A stretch of 64,000 nucleotides of DNA from positions 59,183-123,182 of the forward strand of contig JBOFGV010000073.1 of assembly GCA_051649305.1 (NCBI GenBank). Direction: 5' to 3'. This document shows positions 58,262-64,000 of this stretch, in pieces. The notes beneath the pieces are model-generated. The model saw only the letters and a program-made list of their open reading frames with translations, made no database searches and was not told where the DNA came from. Made by a program: the position numbers and the translations under genes. The number at the start of each line of letters is the position of its first letter. Within the stretch, counting starts at the first letter, position 1. The DNA is from Beijerinckiaceae bacterium. GTDB taxonomy: Bacteria > Pseudomonadota > Alphaproteobacteria > Rhizobiales > Beijerinckiaceae.

Positions 58262-58795
58262 CTATGCGCCGAGATGCCGGAAGGCCAGAACCACCTTCTC
58301 GTAAACCGGGCGTTTGAACGGAATGATCAATTCTACCAACCGGTCCATTTTCTCCCAGCGCCAGTTTGAAAACTCCGGCTTGTGGCCGGGTCCCGGGTTG
58401 AGGACATTGATTTCGCTGTCCTCCCCCTCAAAACGCAGGGCAAACCACTTTTGCGTCTGCCCGCGGTATTTGCCCTTCCATGATTTCTGCGCCACATCGT
58501 TGGGCAGATCATAGGCATACCAGTCCGGCGCTTCCGCGAGAAATGACGTTGATGTGACGGCGGTTTCCTCAGCCAGTTCGCGTAAGGCAGCGTGGTAGGG
58601 GTCTTCCCCCTTGTCGAGACCGCCCTGTGGCATCTGCCAGGAAAAACCACCGCCCACATGCTCGGGCGTTGCGTCCTTGCGGCGATCACCAATCCAGACC
58701 AATCCATCCCGGTTGATTAGCATGACGCCAACACAGGGGCGATAAGGCCCGCCTTTCGTGGCTTTTGCGTTTCCAGAGGTTGCTTTTCCTGCCAT
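58262..58795 (-). CDS. rppH: RNA pyrophosphohydrolase (Nudix)
   Basis: Nudix box [23 protein letters not shown]. Start placed at MAGKATS, 1 nt after the upstream stop. Confidence 0.85.
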   Translation of the reverse strand: MAGKATSGNAKATKGGPYRPCVGVMLINRDGLVWIGDRRKDATPEHVGGGFSWQMPQGGLDKGEDPYHAALRELAEETAVTSTSFLAEAPDWYAYDLPNDVAQKSWKGKYRGQTQKWFALRFEGEDSEINVLNPGPGHKPEFSNWRWEKMDRLVELIIPFKRPVYEKVVLAFRHLGA

Positions 58796-58796
58796 A

Positions 58797-60071
58797 TCAG
58801 CTCCTCTTCGGAGAGGTGACAACCGCACTCAACGGCACCAATGTGATGCCCTTGGCCTCGGCGGCGCGCGACCAGCGGGCGATGCGTTCCAGTGTCACGG
58901 GCAAGGCTGCCGCATAGCCGATGGCGCTGCCCTTTTCGCGTGCGATCTTTTCAAGCCGCGTCAGAGCGATATCGATGTCAGCACCGCGCTGGATGGCGTC
59001 AATCACCACGTCTGCTCTGGCTGAAGAAGCTCCGGCTCCGGCAGCCACCTGTGCTGCCATACTGCGCCCAGAGGAGCCGTCATCCAGATAAAGCAGGCCG
59101 CGACTGGCAATCTCTTTCATCACAGGCGCGAGCGCAGCGTCAGTCGATGTAAAGCGGCCACCCATATAGTTGACCACGCCGATGTAGCCCGAGAACCGGC
59201 TCATCAGCCATTGCAGGCGGTCGAGGTTTTGTTCCGCCGAGAGTGTGCTGACCAATGTCTGCGGGCCGGGATCGTTGTCGGGATAGTCAAACGGCTCCAT
59301 CGGCGTCTGCAGCAGGACCTCATGGCCATCGTCGCGCGCCCGCGTCACCTGCCGCTCCAGATCAGCCCCGTAGGGCGCAAAGGCGAGGCTGACGGGTCCG
59401 GGCAGGCGCTGGATAGCGTCCTGCGTGATGTTGTTGCTGATGCCCAGACCACCAATGACGATGGCGACGCGCACTGCGGCCACCTTCTGCAATTGCGTCA
59501 CAGGACGGGCATAGACATCGGAAGCGCGCAGGGCATCTGGCCCAATTTTTGGCAGATTGCCGTGGCGATTTTTCTCGATCAGGCGGCGATCAGGGGCTGG
59601 TGCCAGACGGATGCTTGGCTGTGCATCAGGCACGCGGATGATGACAGAACCCGGCGCTTGTCCGTTGGTGCGCAGCACCTTTACGCCAGCGTCGTTTTCA
59701 AGCTCGGCTGCTCCACGCTGGCTGCGGTTCTGCTGGGGCACTTCGCGCACATTGGGGGATTCAGGCTGGGCTGAAACAGGGGCCTGTGGCGCAGGCCCGG
59801 TTTCGCGTTTCGGCATCTTGTCAATGGAAGCAACCACCATCGGCTCGCCGCCAAGCGGATCATTGGTAAAGGCAGCAAAACCGGCAACGCTGGCGAGCAA
59901 AGCGCCACAAAGCATGGCGGTGATGCGCGCAACCGGCAGGCTTTTGCGTGACGCCTTCTTCGCATCACGGTCCATGCCCAGAGGTTTGGTCAGATCGTCA
60001 TCCGACATTGGCAGTGCCACATCATCCCGGTTGGTATCAAATTGGTTGGTATCAAATTGGTTGACCTGCAC
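58797..60071 (-). CDS. divergent polysaccharide deacetylase family protein (YibQ-like)
   Basis: N-terminal TM anchor, Pro-rich linker and C-terminal domain VAIVIGGLG...LAFAPYG...[11 protein letters not shown] typical of the YibQ family. Start uncertain. Confidence 0.75.
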   Translation of the reverse strand: MQVNQFDTNQFDTNRDDVALPMSDDDLTKPLGMDRDAKKASRKSLPVARITAMLCGALLASVAGFAAFTNDPLGGEPMVVASIDKMPKRETGPAPQAPVSAQPESPNVREVPQQNRSQRGAAELENDAGVKVLRTNGQAPGSVIIRVPDAQPSIRLAPAPDRRLIEKNRHGNLPKIGPDALRASDVYARPVTQLQKVAAVRVAIVIGGLGISNNITQDAIQRLPGPVSLAFAPYGADLERQVTRARDDGHEVLLQTPMEPFDYPDNDPGPQTLVSTLSAEQNLDRLQWLMSRFSGYIGVVNYMGGRFTSTDAALAPVMKEIASRGLLYLDDGSSGRSMAAQVAAGAGASSARADVVIDAIQRGADIDIALTRLEKIAREKGSAIGYAAALPVTLERIARWSRAAEAKGITLVPLSAVVTSPKRS

Positions 60072-60242
60072 TGCCAGCGAATCACCGGCAGAAAAGGCCT
60101 GTCATACCCAATCGCCCCAACGTTAAGACCGCGTTAATGCAGGTAAACAAAGTGTCAGATGTCGCTGATGGCAGCCCATCTTCCCATTGTCATAAAAAGT
60201 GCCATTATAAGTACTGGACACAGGCGATGACAGGAGAGCTCC

Positions 60243-60836
60243 ATGAATGACGTTTCGCAGACACATGACGTTCAGGGAAACACCAAGACCTCCGACACCT
60301 ATTCAGGTGCGGCTCGCCAGTTCCACTGGATCACGGCGGCTTTCGTTTTCGCGCTTATTCCGATTGGTCTCTACATGACCTACCGTGGCGAGGTGACAAA
60401 GTTCGATGCCTTGACCAACATTCTCTATGATAACCACAAGCTTGGTGGCTTCATCCTGCTGTTTATCGTTGTAGCCCGCCTTGCCTATCGCTTCATGAAG
60501 GGCGCACCTGCTGATGAGCCAACACTGGAACCATGGCAGCGCGGCGTGGCCCATCTCACCCACTGGGGTCTTTACGGATTGCTGCTTGCTGTGCCGCTGC
60601 TGGGCTGGATTGGTGTCTCGCTCTATCCGGCCCTCAGCATCCATGGCTGGTTCAGCTTGCCGGGCCTGACAACGCCAGACCAATCTCGGGCTGCAACCGT
60701 GTTCTTTCTGCACAAATGGGGCGCGATCCTGCTCGGGTTGATGGTCTCAGCCCACATCGGCGCGGCGCTGTTCCATCATTTCATCCGCAAAGACAATGTG
60801 CTCAGGCGCATGATGCCGAAGATCAAGGTGCGGTGA
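60243..60836 (+). CDS. cytochrome b561-family protein
   Basis: 197 aa, four TM helices with conserved His (QFHWITA, HKLGG, LTHWGLY, AHIGAALFHH). Confidence 0.8.
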   Translation: MNDVSQTHDVQGNTKTSDTYSGAARQFHWITAAFVFALIPIGLYMTYRGEVTKFDALTNILYDNHKLGGFILLFIVVARLAYRFMKGAPADEPTLEPWQRGVAHLTHWGLYGLLLAVPLLGWIGVSLYPALSIHGWFSLPGLTTPDQSRAATVFFLHKWGAILLGLMVSAHIGAALFHHFIRKDNVLRRMMPKIKVR

Positions 60837-60848
60837 GAATTATTACCG

Positions 60849-61688
60849 TCACCCCATCGCCAGCAGGTCTTCGTGACCAATCACAGTGACACCCGCCTTG
60901 GATGAGCGGCGCAGTTTCAGCCAGTCTTCCACGACGGCTGCTTCCACTGTGCCTGTCTCGCTGACAGCACCGGCAAAGCCTGTGTCAAGCTCGCGCCGGA
61001 GCGAGCCAAAGCTCTTGTCCACCACCCATGGGCTGGTGCCGCGCAGCACGCGGTAGCCGCGCCCGTAGAAGGCCTTGGCGAGCGCTGTTGTGCCGCCGGG
61101 ACCTGCCGCCGGGCCAAAGCCCTTGTCACCACGCTGGTGGGCGTTGAAAGCCTCGCACATCGCGGCATCAGCGGCATGCGGTGGTGTCCAGCGCGAATGG
61201 CCGTCGTAGGTCAAAACGGTGAAGAACACCTGCTGGTTGTGCACCACGGCCTCCGCCAGTTTCTCAATGCTGGGCACAGAGACGAGATCAAACAAGGCAG
61301 CCGCCGTGATCAGATCAGCGCCGGCAACAACCTCGCCGAATTCACCGCCTGACAGGTCTGCTTCCTGGAACATCACACGCAGGGTTTTGCCAGCCTTGGT
61401 CAATTCGATGCCCTCGCCTTTGGCTTGCGCCGTATCCGCCCACTGTGCCAGACGCAGGCGAGCGGCATCGAGCAATTTGGGATCATAATCGACGAGTGTC
61501 CATGTCTGGTCATCAGGCAGGATGGACCATGTGCCACGCAGGTTGGAGCCAGCTCCGCTGCCCAGATCAACCACGTTGACGGACGTCTTGCCAGCGAAAC
61601 GCGCTGCAAGGGCCGCCCGCACTTCGGGGTTCACGGCAGCGTGGTCAGCAGGTTCACGCAGGGCGAGCCATTCGGCGCTGAATGTCAT
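60849..61688 (-). CDS. class I SAM-dependent methyltransferase
   Basis: VVDLGSGAGSN motif I; 279 aa. 18 nt downstream of the GT gene stop. Confidence 0.8.
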   Translation of the reverse strand: MTFSAEWLALREPADHAAVNPEVRAALAARFAGKTSVNVVDLGSGAGSNLRGTWSILPDDQTWTLVDYDPKLLDAARLRLAQWADTAQAKGEGIELTKAGKTLRVMFQEADLSGGEFGEVVAGADLITAAALFDLVSVPSIEKLAEAVVHNQQVFFTVLTYDGHSRWTPPHAADAAMCEAFNAHQRGDKGFGPAAGPGGTTALAKAFYGRGYRVLRGTSPWVVDKSFGSLRRELDTGFAGAVSETGTVEAAVVEDWLKLRRSSKAGVTVIGHEDLLAMG

Positions 61689-61705
61689 TTATAAAATCCT
61701 TGTTA

Positions 61706-62749
61706 TCATGTCAGTGTTTTGAGCGTATCGGCGATGTCGCGCGCCGTGTCATCCCATGTGGGCAGGAGGGCGGCAGCGGCCCAGGCTGTATCGGCCATGC
61801 GTATACGCTTGGCAGGGTCGGTGATGAGTGTTTGCAGCGCGTGCGAAATAAGCATGGTATCCCCCGCAGGCACTTTCATGGCGGCAGCATCAGGCACGGT
61901 ATCAGCAGCAGCGCCGCCATCCGAGGTGATGATGGGCAGGCCGCGCGCCAGCGCTTCGGTCAGCGCCATGCCATAGCCTTCAAACAGGGAGGCGCTGACG
62001 AAAAGATCGCTCCTGGCATAAAGCGCTTCCAGCGTTGCATCATCCACATTGCCCGCCAGGGTCACGCGCGCGGCAAGGTCACATCCAGCGATCACGTCAC
62101 ACAGGGTGCTGACAGCCTCCGGTGAGCGGTCCAGCGAACCAGCTATGGTCAGGTGCCAGTCATGATCTGTGAGGGGTGCAAGGGCAGCCACCAGACGGTC
62201 GTAGGCCTTGCGCTCGGATACAGCACCAACAGCCAGCATGTGTAACGAGCCGCCACCGCCAGCAGCACGCGTTGCCCTTGCAGTGCCCGGCTCCGCCACG
62301 GTGATCTGCTGACGGGTCAAATCAAAATCTGCGATCAAAATTGTCTTCGTCGTTTCGCTTGTGACAATCGTGTGCCGCACCTGTTTCAGCACGGCCTTTT
62401 CATTGGCCATGAGCCAGCTCGCACGAGCAGGATCAAGCCCTGCCTCAAGCCCCAGCGGATGATGCACCAGCGCAACGGTTCTGGCAGGCAGACTTGCGAT
62501 CATCTCGGGCGGCATGGCGCCCAGCGCAAGCCCATCAATCAGCACGATTGTCTTGCGGGGAATAGCGGCAAGCAGCCGCTCGCTTTCCGCCAATGCATCA
62601 GTTGTTGGCGCAGGAAAACTGGCTGGCAAAACGAGATGCGAGGCGTTGACACCGTGCTGCTGCAGGCGTGCCAGCACCTCGCGGTCATATTTGTATCCGC
62701 CGGTCGGAAGGGTGATATCGCCCGGAATGCAAAACGCGACGTCAATCAC
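61706..62749 (-). CDS. glycosyltransferase family 1/4 (GT-B)
   Basis: FVSASLFEGYGMALTEALARGLPIITSDGG EX7E region. 4-nt overlap with the upstream PTPS-like gene. Confidence 0.8.
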   Translation of the reverse strand: MIDVAFCIPGDITLPTGGYKYDREVLARLQQHGVNASHLVLPASFPAPTTDALAESERLLAAIPRKTIVLIDGLALGAMPPEMIASLPARTVALVHHPLGLEAGLDPARASWLMANEKAVLKQVRHTIVTSETTKTILIADFDLTRQQITVAEPGTARATRAAGGGGSLHMLAVGAVSERKAYDRLVAALAPLTDHDWHLTIAGSLDRSPEAVSTLCDVIAGCDLAARVTLAGNVDDATLEALYARSDLFVSASLFEGYGMALTEALARGLPIITSDGGAAADTVPDAAAMKVPAGDTMLISHALQTLITDPAKRIRMADTAWAAAALLPTWDDTARDIADTLKTLT

Positions 62750-63165
62750 CCAACAGTGCCTTCGTAGGCAGCGCGCGCCAGATCGGTTTCATGCAGGGTC
62801 ACGCGGATCTTGGCGAGGCCCTTGCCATCGTCACCCAATGCGCCGGACTTGGCTGCTGCAACCATGGCATCGAAGATGTGCTTGCACAGAAACTCTGTCG
62901 TGGTGAGGATTCCCTTGAAGGCGGGAATGGTATCCAGATCCTTGTATGCCAGTGGCTTCAGGGTCTTGTTCAGCACCTCAAGCGCCGCGCCGATATCCAC
63001 GACAACATTCTGCTTCGTCATTGTCTCGCGGAAGAAAGCGACATCCACAACGAACGTTGCCCCGTGCTTGGCCTGCGCCGGGCCAAAGAACGGATCAGGC
63101 AGGGAATGCGCGATCATGATGCGGTCACGGACTTCGACGGAAAACATGGGCTGCTTCAACTCCAT
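62746..63165 (-). CDS. PTPS/QueD-fold protein with degenerate active-site motifs
   Basis: 139 aa. IMIAHSLP...AQAKHGATFVVDV aligns to the QueD/PTPS AAHRL...CxxxHGH region, but Cys and the last His are replaced (A...HGA). Confidence 0.7.
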   Translation of the reverse strand: MELKQPMFSVEVRDRIMIAHSLPDPFFGPAQAKHGATFVVDVAFFRETMTKQNVVVDIGAALEVLNKTLKPLAYKDLDTIPAFKGILTTTEFLCKHIFDAMVAAAKSGALGDDGKGLAKIRVTLHETDLARAAYEGTVG

Positions 63166-63219
63166 TGATCAGACGGTTGCTTTGGCAGTTTCCAGATGAA
63201 CACGCAATGACGATGGTTA

Positions 63220-63347
63220 CCCTCCTCGTTTACGGGGAGGGTGGACCGGTGCGCAGCGACGGGCCGGGTGGGGCCGCGATGTCAGCAGGAAGCACTGAGG
63301 CCCCACCCCCAGCCCCTCCCCGTATATGAGGAGAGGAGAAGAGAGGG
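63220..63347. repeat. GC-rich composite intergenic repeat, copy 2
   Basis: CCCTCCtcgtttacgGGGAGGG, then GGTGGGGCC...GGCCCCACC, then CCCCTCCCCgtatatgAGGAGAGG. Same module order as 3914..4034. Confidence 0.7.
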
Positions 63348-63361
63348 TCTCAGCCCATTTC

Positions 63362-64000
63362 TTACAAAATGAACCGGCTGAGATCGACATTCTTGGCGAG
63401 TTCACCCACGTATTTACGCACATAGTCGCCATCAACGGTGACGGTCTCGCCTGTGCGGTCAGGTGCTGTGAAGCTGATCTCATCGAGAATGCGTTCCATC
63501 ACGGTTTGCAACCGGCGTGCACCAATGTTCTCGACGCTGCTGTTGACCTCGACAGCCACTTTGGCAACGGCCTCAATGGCATCGTCCGAGAAACTGAGCT
63601 TGACGCCCTCTGTGCCCATCAGGGCCACATACTGCTTGCTGAGCGCAGCCTCTGTCTCGGTCAGGATGCGGCGGAAATCTTCTTCGTTCAGCGGCTGCAG
63701 TTCCACACGGATCGGCAGGCGGCCCTGCAATTCTGGCAACAGGTCTGACGGTCTGGCGATGTGAAATGCGCCTGATGCAATGAACAGGATGTGGTCTGTC
63801 TTCACCACGCCGTGCTTGGTGGAAACATTGGTGCCTTCAATCAGCGGCAATAGATCGCGCTGCACACCTTCGCGCGATACTTCCCCGCCACCGCTGCGGC
63901 CTTCACGCACGCAGATCTTGTCGATCTCATCAAGGAAGACGATGCCGTTGTCTTCCACCTGACGGATGGCTTCCTTGATCACGGCATCCTGATCCAGCAG
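63362..64000 (-). CDS. hslU: ATP-dependent protease ATPase subunit HslU, 5'-truncated by window edge
   Basis: Frame is open to base 64000 ([12 protein letters not shown]...). [11 protein letters not shown] Walker B and C-terminal ...[20 protein letters not shown]...LSRFIL. Confidence 0.95.
   Translation of the reverse strand: MLDQDAVIKEAIRQVEDNGIVFLDEIDKICVREGRSGGGEVSREGVQRDLLPLIEGTNVSTKHGVVKTDHILFIASGAFHIARPSDLLPELQGRLPIRVELQPLNEEDFRRILTETEAALSKQYVALMGTEGVKLSFSDDAIEAVAKVAVEVNSSVENIGARRLQTVMERILDEISFTAPDRTGETVTVDGDYVRKYVGELAKNVDLSRFIL

Overview
This is a 64 kb chromosomal window from a high-GC (about 60%) alphaproteobacterium. Gene content and intergenic repeat families look Hyphomicrobiales/Rhizobiales-like. 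All calls rest on reading the supplied ORF translations and DNA by eye; no BLAST, HMM or folding was run.

Most of the window is conserved housekeeping:
- mfd and sdhE
- a Na/Pi transporter
- phaB-phaA with divergent phaR
- cspA
- a SUV3-like helicase
- clpB
- an mccB-type carboxyltransferase
- moeB
- a sugar ABC operon with a GntR regulator
- rppH, and the hslU 3' end

I saw no rRNA, tRNA, CRISPR array, transposase or integrase.

The parts worth a second look are small accessory insertions and uncharacterised operons:
1. A roughly 0.5 kb AT-rich islet (17-32% G+C on counted lines) carries one orphan gene at 55.8-56.3 kb.
2. A 700 bp higBA-like toxin-antitoxin islet is bracketed by 28-nt direct repeats that duplicate the last codons of mccB.
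3. A strongly Shine-Dalgarno-led 62-codon ORF encodes a twin-arginine signal plus a 28-residue, +11, five-Trp peptide.
4. A tightly coupled minus-strand block encodes MoxR, three different DxSxS (MIDAS) proteins and a GTG-coupled Cys-rich 205-aa protein. A uronate-epimerase/AsnB-like/glycosyltransferase module follows it.
5. A trio of degenerate PTPS/QueD-fold protein, glycosyltransferase and methyltransferase sits next to hslU.
6. A low-GC secreted TPR-retropepsin gene abuts a 25-bp inverted repeat that supplies the stop codons of two convergent genes.
7. The phaA-phaB spacer is expanded, with GC hairpins and a hidden 51-codon hydrophobic ORF.

None of these is demonstrably a new system from sequence alone. 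The best candidates for follow-up are the MoxR/MIDAS block, the cationic Tat peptide and the AT-rich orphan.
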